From the NCBI GenBank assembly GCA_963749445.1, contig CAVVMJ010000007.1, positions 9,971 through 73,970 of the forward strand: 64,000 nt of DNA. Reading direction: 5' to 3'. Numbering within the stretch: position 1 is the stretch's first letter; every line of letters starts with the position of its first letter. A program made the translations under genes and the position numbers. Under the pieces are notes generated by a model. It searched no databases, was not told where the DNA came from, and worked only from the letters and a program-made list of their open reading frames with translations. Positions 16,487 through 26,329 of the stretch are shown one piece after another. The DNA comes from an uncultured bacterium. GTDB lineage: Bacteria > Patescibacteriota > Doudnabacteria > UBA920.

Positions 16487-18799
16487 TTAATCACCTTTGG
16501 TCAGCCTAATCCTAAAAAGAGATTTTAAATGGTTCTGATATAATTCCTTATATTTAAAAGCTTTTTTTGCATCTAGAATTATAATTTGTTTCAATTTGGC
16601 TGTATAAAAAAATCGCAGTAAACTTTGAAAGTCATACATGCTCCGCGGCAAGAAAAACTCCCTATCCGGATCAGCAGACTTTTGAGCCAAAGCTTTGCTA
16701 TAAGGATCAGCTACTTTCATACTTGGCCACTGCGAAAAAATGACGGTTTTTGCCTGCAATTGGGCCACCGGCTGGACCTGCTGGACGGAGCGCAAAAAAT
16801 TTAAAACCCCGCTGCTGCTTATTAAAAGCAAGCTGTCTTTATGGATACTGAAATTGCGGAACAGTCTGTTGCTTCCTCCGCCGCTGCGTTCAACCAATAA
16901 AAACGCGCGCTTTTTCAGTTCTCCGTAATATTCTTTGTAAAGCTTCGTAATTTCCGCCGGCGAGTCAAACACCATTACTGCCGGCAAGTCGGCTTTGCTT
17001 AAAATTTTGACGGGATTTGAATCGACGGCCGGCGTAATCCGGCAAATCGGCTGATGATGCAGAATTCCGACTAATTTGCTTCGTAATTTTTTTACCGGCC
17101 ATGGTATCAAAGAAAATTTCCCCATACCGAGGCGATTAATAAAATAGTCGAGCGCGACTTGTTCTCCTTGCGGTTCAATGACGCAAACCTTTTCAAAGCC
17201 TGAAAAACTTTTGCCAACGATGCCGCCAATATCTAGCGGCAAGGAATGGAAACTGCAGGAACGCTCCCCAAAACTTATCCATTTTACTTCCGTAGGCCTA
17301 TCCTCAAAAAAATCCTTGAGGTTACTGGCAAAGTCCGTGAGGCTTTGGAGCTTTAAACTTTGGTTTGCCGATGATAACTTTTCCGTAAAATTTTCCGCGG
17401 CACTCATAATCTTTAAAAATTCTTCGGAATTTCTTAATTCATCCGTTACGCTCACTTCGCCCCAGCCTTTGTTAAATTTTAACAATAGCGCGTTGGTCAA
17501 ACCAAAAAATAAATCCGCGTCCGAAAGCAATCGGCTGATAATATCTCTATATTCGGCATCGCCAAAGCCGGTTTCCGGATCGTAAACGGTTTTTAATAAA
17601 TAAGATAAAAAGCCCCAGCTGCTGCGCTGCCCAATAGTAGCCGTGATTACGGCCTCAAAATCACCAAGACCGATAACAATCAGGCCGCGCTGGCGGAATA
17701 GCTCGGAACTTTTCAATTCTAAAAAAGTTTGCTGGTCGCAACATAACACCCTATCGGGTAATTTCTCCGGCAGTTGCCGGCCTGAAACCAAACCCTGAAA
17801 CTGACCGCCGAAAAATGACAGATTCAAATCCAACAAGCACTCCGTTTGCCAATTTGTGGCCTGCCAAACCAAAAGCTTCATTAAAAACCTAGCCTGCTCC
17901 GGATTTTGGATGTCCTGATGAAGCAGTACTTCAAATTTTTGGCGGTCAAACATATGCCGCGGCTGGAAAATTCCCCGCGCCAAATTTTGCCGCCATGTTT
18001 CCAAAACCTGATAGCGCTTGGGTACCACAATCAGCAGTCGCTCGGCTGTCCGGCTGACAATTTGCCCGATAATATCCTCAACGGGAACAAAAGGGTCAAC
18101 GATGTAAACCGTTTTGTCCTGCATAACAACAGAGCCCAAGCGTGATTTAGCCACTGATATTTTTTTGACTGGTTTGGCTGGCTCTAATTTGTAGGGTTTG
18201 ATTTTTGCTTTTAACAAATCCGACCACGGAGCCTTGACGCGTTCCGCCAGTCCGGTAATCTGGGTCTTAGCTTCGTTGGGCAAACTTTGATAAACGCCGA
18301 GCAGCCGCTCCAGCAACTCCATGGATGCCATGGCGTCCGCCAAAGCGCGGTGCGCGTTTTTGTGCGAAATTTTAAAAATACTCGCCAAATTTTCCAAATT
18401 GTAACTATGATGCGTAGGCAGCAAAAACTGCACCAAGTCCATAGTGTCAATTACCGGCCCGAAAAATTTTATGCCGCACTTTTGCAAAAACTTAATGTCA
18501 AAACCCACGTTATGCCCAACTATCGCCGCCGTCCCCAGCTTCCCCTGCAAAAAAAACAGCTCGTCCGAAATCGCGCCGCCTTTTTCTAGGTCGGCTGATG
18601 TGAGTCCAGTCAGTCCCAAAACATGGTGCGACACCTCGCCCTTTGGCTTAAACACCCTGTCCCATTTTTCAACAATCCGAAATCCGAAATCCGAAATCCG
18701 AAATCCGGCTATCCCCACTTCCAAAATCTCATTGGTTACCGGGTCAAACCCGCTCGTCTCAATATCCAAGCTGTAATAAATTTTTTCTTGATTTGCCAT
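16487..18799 (-). CDS. DnaQ-like 3'-5' exonuclease fused to a DinG-like C-terminal region
   Basis: DEDDh motifs YYSLDIETSGFDP, GHNVGFDIKFL and HRALADAMA. About 560 aa follow in which I see no Walker A. ATG 18799 (MANQEK) avoids overlap with the upstream TrmB gene (the track start 18844 overlaps it). Confidence 0.75.
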   Translation of the reverse strand: MANQEKIYYSLDIETSGFDPVTNEILEVGIAGFRISDFGFRIVEKWDRVFKPKGEVSHHVLGLTGLTSADLEKGGAISDELFFLQGKLGTAAIVGHNVGFDIKFLQKCGIKFFGPVIDTMDLVQFLLPTHHSYNLENLASIFKISHKNAHRALADAMASMELLERLLGVYQSLPNEAKTQITGLAERVKAPWSDLLKAKIKPYKLEPAKPVKKISVAKSRLGSVVMQDKTVYIVDPFVPVEDIIGQIVSRTAERLLIVVPKRYQVLETWRQNLARGIFQPRHMFDRQKFEVLLHQDIQNPEQARFLMKLLVWQATNWQTECLLDLNLSFFGGQFQGLVSGRQLPEKLPDRVLCCDQQTFLELKSSELFRQRGLIVIGLGDFEAVITATIGQRSSWGFLSYLLKTVYDPETGFGDAEYRDIISRLLSDADLFFGLTNALLLKFNKGWGEVSVTDELRNSEEFLKIMSAAENFTEKLSSANQSLKLQSLTDFASNLKDFFEDRPTEVKWISFGERSCSFHSLPLDIGGIVGKSFSGFEKVCVIEPQGEQVALDYFINRLGMGKFSLIPWPVKKLRSKLVGILHHQPICRITPAVDSNPVKILSKADLPAVMVFDSPAEITKLYKEYYGELKKRAFLLVERSGGGSNRLFRNFSIHKDSLLLISSSGVLNFLRSVQQVQPVAQLQAKTVIFSQWPSMKVADPYSKALAQKSADPDREFFLPRSMYDFQSLLRFFYTAKLKQIIILDAKKAFKYKELYQNHLKSLFRIRLTKGD
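18677..18707. repeat. tandem heptamer (CCGAAAT) x4 inside the exonuclease CDS
   Basis: ccgaaat x4 (18677-18704) plus ccg. Encodes GFRISDFGFRI between exonuclease motifs I and II. Confidence 0.9.
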
Positions 18800-18809
18800 A
18801 ATTGTTACT

Positions 18810-19547
18810 TTAGGCAGGTAAACTGATTTGCCAAAGCGCTTCAAATAAGTAACCCAAATTCTGGTTCAGCTCCGCGCTTTCAACAATCATGCCAAAATTT
18901 TCTTTTGTTGAAGAAATAATCCCAACTTTATCGTCATAGATATATAAGGTCATGGCAAAAATCATATTTGCTGGGGCGTAACGCAATAACCTTAATTCAG
19001 AAGGGTCGGTCGGCCAAGTTTCTTTTACATCTTTTTGCTTGCTTCTAACAACCCTCAAAGCATAACCTGATTTAATTCTCCGCGCAACATATTCTTTCAT
19101 AAATCTTTCGCCGGGGATTTTAAATAAGTCAACTATCGATAACACGCCTCTTATATTTTTGTCCGGGGTTGAAATTGTATCTTCTAAAACCGTTTTAATT
19201 CCCTCCACTCCTTCGTAAAAAGAAGTTTTCGGCTTAGACTTTAAAGTATTGTAAACAGACTTAAGTTCCGGCAACAAGCTGTCAAAAGTTCGTTGTTTTT
19301 CGGCCAAATTCCGTTTAATTTTTTCCGGGTCATTGGCGATATAATACCGGACTTTATGTTTTTCATATGCCCCCACTAATCCTTCTTCCGCGAGTTTTTC
19401 CAAAAGATCGTAGGCAGTCGGCCTGGCCACCTTGGCTCTCAAAGCAATCTCGTGGGCCTTGGCCTGCCCCATTTCCAAAAGCGCCAAATAAACCCGCGCT
19501 TTTTTATCGTCCAAACCGAATTCCTTTAAGTCTTCTTTTAATGCCAT
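18810..19547 (-). CDS. TrmB-family transcriptional regulator
   Basis: From MALKEDLKEFGLDDKKARVYLALLEMGQAKAHEIALRAKVARPTAYDLLEKLAEEGLV (TrmB-type wHTH) plus a C-terminal domain. The track start 19685 adds an AT-rich, implausible leader. Confidence 0.8.
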   Translation of the reverse strand: MALKEDLKEFGLDDKKARVYLALLEMGQAKAHEIALRAKVARPTAYDLLEKLAEEGLVGAYEKHKVRYYIANDPEKIKRNLAEKQRTFDSLLPELKSVYNTLKSKPKTSFYEGVEGIKTVLEDTISTPDKNIRGVLSIVDLFKIPGERFMKEYVARRIKSGYALRVVRSKQKDVKETWPTDPSELRLLRYAPANMIFAMTLYIYDDKVGIISSTKENFGMIVESAELNQNLGYLFEALWQISLPA

Positions 19548-19718
19548 AAAATTGCGTTTACGATGCTTTTTTGATATTTGTCGAAACTTTTCGACTACAT
19601 AAATATTATATAATAATGCCTTATTTATGTCAACTATTGATAATAAAACTGTTATTAGTCGAATATTATTAACATCGTACGACAAAACTGTTATGCTTGC
19701 AGATTATAAGGAGGAAGT

Positions 19719-20102
19719 ATGCGCTTTGAATCCCAACAGACTACACACGGTCTACCGACAGTTGCCATCGACGACTTCGAAAAGCTCGGCAAAGGAGAGC
19801 TTCTCTGGTTTTTCCTTTTACGGATACAACGCCGCTGGAGACCATGGACTAACCGACGTCTTATGAGAGTTAGCTCAGACAATGGTGTGGTGTTCGTCAA
19901 CAACTTTCTTAACAGATTGCCGAAAGAACTGATTTGCTCCGGGGGTGAGGGAACCCACGGTCTGATCTGCAAAGGTGATGACGGCAAAATAAACGTGCTC
20001 TTGGGCTCTTGGGGGCCAGAACTTTCACTCCCCCTTGCGAAACAGGCTGTTCAGTTGCTGTCCGAAGCCGGCCTACCAGCCAAAATCTTCGGAAAAGAAT
20101 AG
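19719..20102 (+). CDS. hypothetical protein (SD-bearing orphan divergent from TrmB regulator)
   Basis: ATG 19719 has AGGAGG at 19709-19714. 127 aa with no recognisable family. Followed by a strong terminator. Confidence 0.5.
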   Translation: MRFESQQTTHGLPTVAIDDFEKLGKGELLWFFLLRIQRRWRPWTNRRLMRVSSDNGVVFVNNFLNRLPKELICSGGEGTHGLICKGDDGKINVLLGSWGPELSLPLAKQAVQLLSEAGLPAKIFGKE

Positions 20103-20138
20103 CCTCCAATCCCTGCCGTCTGCCACTAAAAAACGCAA

Positions 20139-20208
20139 AACCGCCCCGGGCAACCTGTCCTCCGTAGCTTTATGCGGAGGAGGGATGCGAAGGGCGGTTG
20201 TTTTTTTA
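20139..20208 (+). terminator. compound rho-independent terminator
   Basis: Outer stem AACCGCCC (20139-20146) / GGGCGGTT (20192-20199), inner CCTCCG/CGGAGG, then GTTTTTTT. Confidence 0.65.
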
Positions 20209-20214
20209 TACATT

Positions 20215-20478
20215 TTACGGTTTATATTCCAGCCCAATCTTGGAGCCGGCTTTTGTAATCCAATTTTCTGTGGTCGTGACTCTGCTGTTTACAACCAAAA
20301 TTTCATCGGCATTTTTCTTTGTGCCAACCGCAAAGGATTCCACGGACGCTTGGAGGTTATTAAAATCCTTGCGCTGACCTTCAAACTTTTCATCCATTTC
20401 CAGCTTATCGTAAAATAACTGTTTGTTGGCCTCAATCACCTTATTCACAATTTTAGTTGTGTCTTCGTCGGTAATCAT
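20215..20478 (-). CDS. hypothetical small protein
   Basis: 87-aa ORF MITDEDTTKIVNKVIEANKQLFYDKLEMDEKFEGQRKDF..., co-oriented with and downstream of recA. No family recognised. Confidence 0.5.
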   Translation of the reverse strand: MITDEDTTKIVNKVIEANKQLFYDKLEMDEKFEGQRKDFNNLQASVESFAVGTKKNADEILVVNSRVTTTENWITKAGSKIGLEYKP

Positions 20479-20486
20479 ATACGCGG

Positions 20487-20660
20487 CTATTTATTTTTTG
20501 GTTTTTCGATTAAATGATGACTATTTAAAAATCTTATTACGGGCTTGCCGCAATTCAAACAAAAAGTTAAACTAGACAGTTTGCCCGGGGGAGCGACATT
20601 AACTTCCTTGTTATAATCTTTAATTTGCTTTTTACAAATATCACATTTTGTAACATGCAT
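20487..20660 (-). CDS. small zinc-ribbon protein (57 aa, below ORF-track cutoff)
   Basis: Hand translation: MHVTKCDICKKQIKDYNKEVNVAPPGKLSSLTFCLNCGKPVIRFLNSHHLIEKPKNK*. Has CxxC...CxxC pairs. Sits between recA and the 87-aa ORF on the same strand. Confidence 0.5.
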   Translation of the reverse strand: MHVTKCDICKKQIKDYNKEVNVAPPGKLSSLTFCLNCGKPVIRFLNSHHLIEKPKNK

Positions 20661-20728
20661 ATGATTTTATTTTAAGGCTTGGGATAAAATCATAAACCCA
20701 AGAAAACTTTCCGTCAACTGTGGAAAAC

Positions 20729-21832
20729 TTATTCCGCCGCGTCTTCTTCCTCGGCCGGCTTGGCGGCCACAACGACTTCGCTTTCTTTGACGCGCTTACG
20801 CACTTCGGCATCTATTTCTTTAAAAACTTTGGGAGTTTCTTTAAGGAAAGCTTTGGCATTCTCGCGGCCCACGCCCAATTTAACGTCTTTGAACATAAAC
20901 GTGTTGCCGTTCTTTTCTATGGCGCCAATTAACACGCCGGTATCCAGCAAATCGCCGGAAGCGGAAATGCCTTCGTTGTACATAATGTCAAATTCCGTGG
21001 TGCGGAAAGGCGGCGCCACTTTGTTTTTGACGACTTTGACCTTAACGCGGTTGCCCACAACCTTGTCGCCGTTTTTGATTTGCGCCGACCGGCGGACTTC
21101 TATCCTGATTGAAGCGTAAAACTTAAGCGCGTTGCCGCCGGTGGTGGTTTCCGGATTACCGAACATCACGCCGATCTTCATACGGATCTGGTTAATGAAT
21201 ACCACGGTGGTCTGAGTTTTGCTGATGATAGCCGTAAGCTTGCGCAAAGCCTGCGACATTAGCCGCGCGTGCAAGCCCATATGGCTGTCGCCCATTTCGC
21301 CCTCAATTTCGTTGCGCGGGGTCAGCGCGGCCACGGAATCAATCACGATTAAATCCAAGCCGTTTGAGCGCACCAAAGTTTCGCAAATATCCAAAGCCTG
21401 CTCGCCGTTGTCCGGCTGGCTAATCAACAAATCTTCCAGTTTGACGCCGATGCGCTTGGCATACTCCGGATCCAGCGCGTGCTCGGCGTCTATAAACGCG
21501 GCGAGTCCCCCGCGCTTTTGCACTTCCGCGATCATATGCAAGGTCAAAGTGGTTTTGCCCGAACTTTCCGGACCGTAAATTTCAATGACGCGGCCTTTGG
21601 GAAAACCGCCCACGCCCAGAGCCAAATCCAAAGAAATGGAACCCGTGGGAATGGAAGCCACGTCCATAGTTCTGGAATCAGACAACTTCATGATGCTGCC
21701 AGCGCCGAACTTTTCCTGGATTTGGTCCATGGCGCTGGTCACGGCCTTCCATTTGCCTGTCTCGGGCTTAGCCGAGGAACCGGAATCCGCCGGCGCGGTT
21801 TTTGGTGTTGGTTTGGTCATAAATTTGCTCAA
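20729..21832 (-). CDS. recA: recombinase RecA
   Basis: [20 protein letters not shown] (Walker A), [17 protein letters not shown], and an [31 protein letters not shown]2 region. Confidence 0.97.
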   Translation of the reverse strand: MSKFMTKPTPKTAPADSGSSAKPETGKWKAVTSAMDQIQEKFGAGSIMKLSDSRTMDVASIPTGSISLDLALGVGGFPKGRVIEIYGPESSGKTTLTLHMIAEVQKRGGLAAFIDAEHALDPEYAKRIGVKLEDLLISQPDNGEQALDICETLVRSNGLDLIVIDSVAALTPRNEIEGEMGDSHMGLHARLMSQALRKLTAIISKTQTTVVFINQIRMKIGVMFGNPETTTGGNALKFYASIRIEVRRSAQIKNGDKVVGNRVKVKVVKNKVAPPFRTTEFDIMYNEGISASGDLLDTGVLIGAIEKNGNTFMFKDVKLGVGRENAKAFLKETPKVFKEIDAEVRKRVKESEVVVAAKPAEEEDAAE

Positions 21833-22014
21833 ATTCTAATTTCTAAAGCCTAAAATCTAAACAATATTCAAATCCCAAATTTTCAAAGTTTAAACTGTTT
21901 GATATTTTGGGTTTTAGAGTTTGTTTAAAATTTAGCGTTTCGATTTTAGATTTTAATGATTACTTATATAGTATACAATCGTTCACCATATGTCAAATAA
22001 TCCCTGTGGATAAT

Positions 22015-22968
22015 TCACGGCGCGCTGCTGGTAGCGGTATTTTCCGCGGTAAACGGGATATCGGACAGCTGTTCGCCTCGGCGGCCGAGCGGCCCCAGGC
22101 GCTGGCCGTTCAAAGTGGCCGCGGTGGCGCCGGCATTGCTGGTGGAAATGACGATTTTATTCTGGCCCGTCAATGTTTTGACGTCGCCGGCATGAAAAGA
22201 AATCTGCTGAGACGGGCTGTTATCAATAGCGTAGGTTAAACTGCCGTCAGCGGAAAATTCCAATTTTAAACTGACCTGGTTGGGGGAGCTCGGCAAGTCC
22301 GCCTGGCCGATTACCGACATTTTTGCCGCAGCGGTTTTGCCCATCTTGTTATCGGCCACAATGTTAATTTCCTCAGGGCCTGGCTTTAAGCTGAGCTGGG
22401 TCTGAAAATTCCCGCCGCTGTCCACGAACACGCTCTGCCCGTTTACGGTCACGCTGGAGCCCGAATCGGTTTGGCCGCGCACGTTGACAAAAGAATCCTT
22501 AATAATTTGCCCGTCACGCGGCTGGAAAATTTCCAACGACGGAGTTTTATTAATGGATAAAACTTGCCAAACAATATAGAGCAATGTCAGGGCCACAAAC
22601 AAGCTGCCTACCGTGATGCTCAAAACTTTCGGCGTTATCACCAGCTTGCCAAAATGACGGCCCGCCCAGCTCTTACGGACAGCGGTGGAACGCTGCATTT
22701 GGTTGGCAATGGCCTTTTCTTTTTTGTACTGGCTGATCAGCGCCAAGCCGTCCACGGCATACAGTTCGGCCAGCTGGCGCAAAAATCCAAACACATAGAC
22801 ATCAGGAGGCAAAGCGTTAAACTCGCCGGCTTCTAAGGCCCGCAAAAATTCCAGTCTTATCCCAGTCTGCCCGGCGGCGGTCTCCACGGACAGCCCATGT
22901 CCGCTTCTTATGGCTGACAGATATTCGCTTAGGGTTTCGGCCTGGATTTTTTTCTTTTCAAAAGACAC
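22015..22968 (-). CDS. RodZ-like HTH/transmembrane protein
   Basis: N-terminal HTH TLSEYLSAIRSGHGLSVETAAGQTGIRLEFLRALEAGEF, a single TM VLSITVGSLFVALTLLYIVW, and a beta-rich C-terminal domain. Confidence 0.7.
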   Translation of the reverse strand: MSFEKKKIQAETLSEYLSAIRSGHGLSVETAAGQTGIRLEFLRALEAGEFNALPPDVYVFGFLRQLAELYAVDGLALISQYKKEKAIANQMQRSTAVRKSWAGRHFGKLVITPKVLSITVGSLFVALTLLYIVWQVLSINKTPSLEIFQPRDGQIIKDSFVNVRGQTDSGSSVTVNGQSVFVDSGGNFQTQLSLKPGPEEINIVADNKMGKTAAAKMSVIGQADLPSSPNQVSLKLEFSADGSLTYAIDNSPSQQISFHAGDVKTLTGQNKIVISTSNAGATAATLNGQRLGPLGRRGEQLSDIPFTAENTATSSAP

Positions 22969-23050
22969 AAATTAATTGAACAAGATTGACATGATTGATC
23001 AAGATTGACAAGATTGCCATTCCCAAATCATGCTCAATCTTTTAATTCTT

Positions 23051-25276
23051 TTAAATCTTGTCAATCTCTTCTATTCCATACTCCGCCTTCTCATCCCGCG
23101 GCACTACCCCATAGACTTCCCTCGGTTTGGCTCCCTCGCCAGGGCCGATGATTCCTCTCCCTTCCAAAATATCCAAAACCCGCGCCGCGCGCGCGTAACC
23201 GATTTTCAAACGCCGCTGCAGCAGCGAGGCGCTGGCTTTGCCCGCGCGCCGCACTTCTGCTATGGCTTCTTCCAAAAGCGGCTCATCATCATCGCCTTCG
23301 CCTTCAAATCCGGGCACGCCAATTCCCCGCTTGGGCTTTTCCAATATCGCCTCATTATAAATAACCGCACCGGTCTGCTGCTTAAAAAAATCCACCACGC
23401 GCCTGACTTCTTTTTCGCCGACGAACGCGCCCTGGATACGCCGCGGCTTGTTGAATTCCGCGGAAATATAGAGCATATCGCCGTTGCCCAAAAGTTTTTC
23501 CGCGCCGCTACTGTCCAAAATGGTGCGGCTGTCAATCTGGCTGGCCACGGCAAAGGCAATGCGCGAGGTAATGTTGGCCTTAATCAAACCAGTGATAATA
23601 TCCACGGACGGGCGCTGGGTCGCCACCACCAAATGGATGCCCACGGCGCGCGCCATTTGCGCCAAACGCACAATGGCCGCTTCCACGTCGACCTGGGCCA
23701 CGGCCATCAAATCGGCCAACTCATCCACCAAAATCACAATGTACGGCAATTTCAAACTTATTGCTTCATTGTATTCAATGATGTTGCGCTTGTTGGCTTC
23801 GGACAAAAGTTTATAACGGCGGTCCATTTCGGCAACCGCCCACTTTAAGGCATTGACCGCTTTCTCATGGTCAATGACCACGGGCGTCAGCAAATGCGGG
23901 ATGCCGTTGTACAAATTCAGCTCCACCCTTTTGGGGTCAATGACAATAAATTTAACGTCCTGCGGCGTGTTGCGGTAAAGCAGCGAAATAAATAAAGAAT
24001 TGATGGCCACGCTCTTACCCGTGCCCGTGGCGCCGGCGATAAGCAAGTGCGGCATCTTGGCCAAGTCCGCCACCATGGGCCGGCCGGCCACGTCGCGGCC
24101 CAAAGCCATGGCCAGCTTGCTCTTGTGATCCACAAAATCTTTGGTCTGCATGACCTCGCGAAGGCGCACGATGGCCGTGGCTTTGTTAGGCACTTCAATG
24201 CCCACCAAGGCCTTGCCCGGGATCGGCAATTCCATGCGGATGCTGTGCGCGGCCAGGGCCAAAGCCAAATCGTTCTGCAAAGTGGCGATCTGCGACAATT
24301 TTACCCCCACTGTCGGCCGCAAAGTGTATTGCGTCACCGTAGGCCCGACATTAACCTCGCCCATTTCCACTTCAATGCCAAAATCCGCCAAAGTTTTTTT
24401 AATAATGGCCACATTGGCCTCAATGTTACCGCTGTCCACCGCGGTCTGGTTGTCATCCAACAAATCAAACGTCGGCAGTTTCCAGTCTTTGCGCTCCAGC
24501 GGCAGGGTTTCAATCTGCGGGCCTTTGGATTTTTGATTGGTGTTAATAACTGTGCCTTTGGGTTTTTCCGGCTCATCCTGTTCTTCCTCATCTCCAACAA
24601 TGGCCTGGTTTTTGCCGGCCACCTTTTCGCTCACAAACCCCTGCGTACCCATGGCATTAATCTTCAATGTAGGCAAAGCGGTTTGCGCGACCGCGGTTGA
24701 TTCGGCAGGCTCTTCTTTTGATTTAGAAAAGAACGCGCGCAGCGATATGTCAAAAGCAATTAAGATGCCAATGACCAATAAGGCAAATAGCACCAAACTG
24801 CCCGCCCAAAAACCCAAAAAATTATAGGCAGGCGAGGCAAAAATCGCGCCAAAATAACCGCCGGCGCGGCCCTGGGACGCCAAATCAAACGCGCTCGCGC
24901 CATTGCCCAAACTAAAAATATGGATTAACCCCGTAATGCCCCCAATCAGCAAAATCGCGCCAAGATAAGTCCGCGCATAAGCGCCGCGGTGCTCCAGCTG
25001 TTCATCCGTTTGCCGATAAAGCAGCACAGCCACCATAATCAAAAGCAGCGGCACAATGTAAACCATCACCCCGAACATTTGCGCCAAAAAGCCAAATAAA
25101 GACGCGCCGAAACTGCCGGCCAAATTTGCCAAACCGAGCAAACAAACAAGCGCCAAAACCACAAACACCACCACTACAATCCCGCGCTTGGTTTCGGCGG
25201 ATAAATTTAAAGTCGGCTTCTCGCGCCTTTTCTTGGCCTGCCTTTCTTCTTCCTTGTCTTTTTTGTTTCTCGCCAT
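23051..25276 (-). CDS. ftsK: DNA translocase FtsK/SpoIIIE
   Basis: N-terminal TM helices, Walker A LLIAGATGTGKSVAINS, VILVDELADLM, ATQRPSVDIITG, and a C-terminal gamma wHTH ASASLLQRRLKIGYARAARVLDILE. Confidence 0.95.
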   Translation of the reverse strand: MARNKKDKEEERQAKKRREKPTLNLSAETKRGIVVVVFVVLALVCLLGLANLAGSFGASLFGFLAQMFGVMVYIVPLLLIMVAVLLYRQTDEQLEHRGAYARTYLGAILLIGGITGLIHIFSLGNGASAFDLASQGRAGGYFGAIFASPAYNFLGFWAGSLVLFALLVIGILIAFDISLRAFFSKSKEEPAESTAVAQTALPTLKINAMGTQGFVSEKVAGKNQAIVGDEEEQDEPEKPKGTVINTNQKSKGPQIETLPLERKDWKLPTFDLLDDNQTAVDSGNIEANVAIIKKTLADFGIEVEMGEVNVGPTVTQYTLRPTVGVKLSQIATLQNDLALALAAHSIRMELPIPGKALVGIEVPNKATAIVRLREVMQTKDFVDHKSKLAMALGRDVAGRPMVADLAKMPHLLIAGATGTGKSVAINSLFISLLYRNTPQDVKFIVIDPKRVELNLYNGIPHLLTPVVIDHEKAVNALKWAVAEMDRRYKLLSEANKRNIIEYNEAISLKLPYIVILVDELADLMAVAQVDVEAAIVRLAQMARAVGIHLVVATQRPSVDIITGLIKANITSRIAFAVASQIDSRTILDSSGAEKLLGNGDMLYISAEFNKPRRIQGAFVGEKEVRRVVDFFKQQTGAVIYNEAILEKPKRGIGVPGFEGEGDDDEPLLEEAIAEVRRAGKASASLLQRRLKIGYARAARVLDILEGRGIIGPGEGAKPREVYGVVPRDEKAEYGIEEIDKI

Positions 25277-25406
25277 CTTTGTTGTTTCCCTTCTCCCCCT
25301 CTGGGGGAGATGTCCCGCCTTTGGCGGGACAGAGAGGGTGCATTAAATAAAATTAATCGATTATAATTTCTCGCCTCCCTATTTTACCATTTTTTTACCC
25401 GCCTTA

Positions 25407-26168
25407 CTAGCCTAAACTTTTCCAAATTAACTGGTACATCACCTTAACCACTTCCACTACCTCTTTGCTCTTTATTACCGCGGCAAAAGGCTTGTTTTCA
25501 AGATTCAAGATGGCCAGTTTGTCTTCATAAATAATAAAACCCGTTCCCACGCTTATTACCCCGGGCAAAATTTTCATTTCCCGCCACGGGGTTTTGGTTT
25601 TTTGCCATTCTTTCCCCAAAGCGAAAACCCCGGAATCCGTAATTATATAAATTTTTGGCCGGTCAGGATTGCCGCGCAAAGCCCAGGCCTCATTTAGGAT
25701 ATCCATTCTTTTTGATTTAACCAGTTTATCCAAAATTTTCGCGCCTGAGCCAAAAAAAAGCCAGGAAGTCGGGCACGCCGATATTTCCAAAGCGATATTT
25801 TTTAAGCCTTCCACCCCGGAATAAAAACTAACCTTTGGCTCTTCCGCGTATTGTTTAGGAAATTTAATAAGCCCGGGTAAAATACTTTCCAATAAAATTT
25901 CCGCATCAACAACCTGCCGCCGCATCCGCTTGGTCAGCTTTCCCAGCTTTTGCGGCTTTTCGGCTTCAAACAGCCTTTTCTTTCCGGCAAAACTTTCTAT
26001 AATCAACCCTTGTTTAATAAGATTCTCCAACGCCAAATAAACCGTCGGCCGCTTTATGCCTGACTGCTCCGATATTTGCCATGCCGATGAAGGCCCCAAA
26101 CTCAAAGCCGCCAAATAAACTTTGGCTTCGTGCTCACTTAACCCCAATTTTTGCAGTTCTTCTTCCAT
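25407..26168 (-). CDS. TrmB-family transcriptional regulator
   Basis: From MEEELQKLGLSEHEAKVYLAALSLGPSSAWQISEQSGIKRPTVYLALENLIKQGLI. Paralogous in architecture to 18810..19547. Confidence 0.8.
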   Translation of the reverse strand: MEEELQKLGLSEHEAKVYLAALSLGPSSAWQISEQSGIKRPTVYLALENLIKQGLIIESFAGKKRLFEAEKPQKLGKLTKRMRRQVVDAEILLESILPGLIKFPKQYAEEPKVSFYSGVEGLKNIALEISACPTSWLFFGSGAKILDKLVKSKRMDILNEAWALRGNPDRPKIYIITDSGVFALGKEWQKTKTPWREMKILPGVISVGTGFIIYEDKLAILNLENKPFAAVIKSKEVVEVVKVMYQLIWKSLG

Positions 26169-26329
26169 ATATATTTTGTCATCAAATTCTGACAACAATA
26201 ATATAACATAATCATTCAATGTTTGCAAGCAAGTTAATCCAATTTATATGAATTAGTCATAAAATATTGATCATAAATTCAATCGTATGGAATAATGACT
26301 AGTTGTAAACCTTAAGGAGGAAGAAAAAA

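Noticed and set aside
22005-22013. Replication origin, from a perfect DnaA-box TGTGGATAA
   Set aside because: It is a single box with no cluster, no dnaA/dnaN nearby and no adjacent AT-rich unwinding element pattern.
23030-23848. 272-aa + strand ORF, plus other long antisense ORFs (for example 60896..61864, 40332..40997, 57188..57751, 13883..14458, 50494..51114)
   Set aside because: All sit opposite confidently identified genes (ftsK, infB, murF, the DUF4446 gene, comM, the P-type ATPase). They have Arg/Ser/Pro-rich shadow-frame composition.
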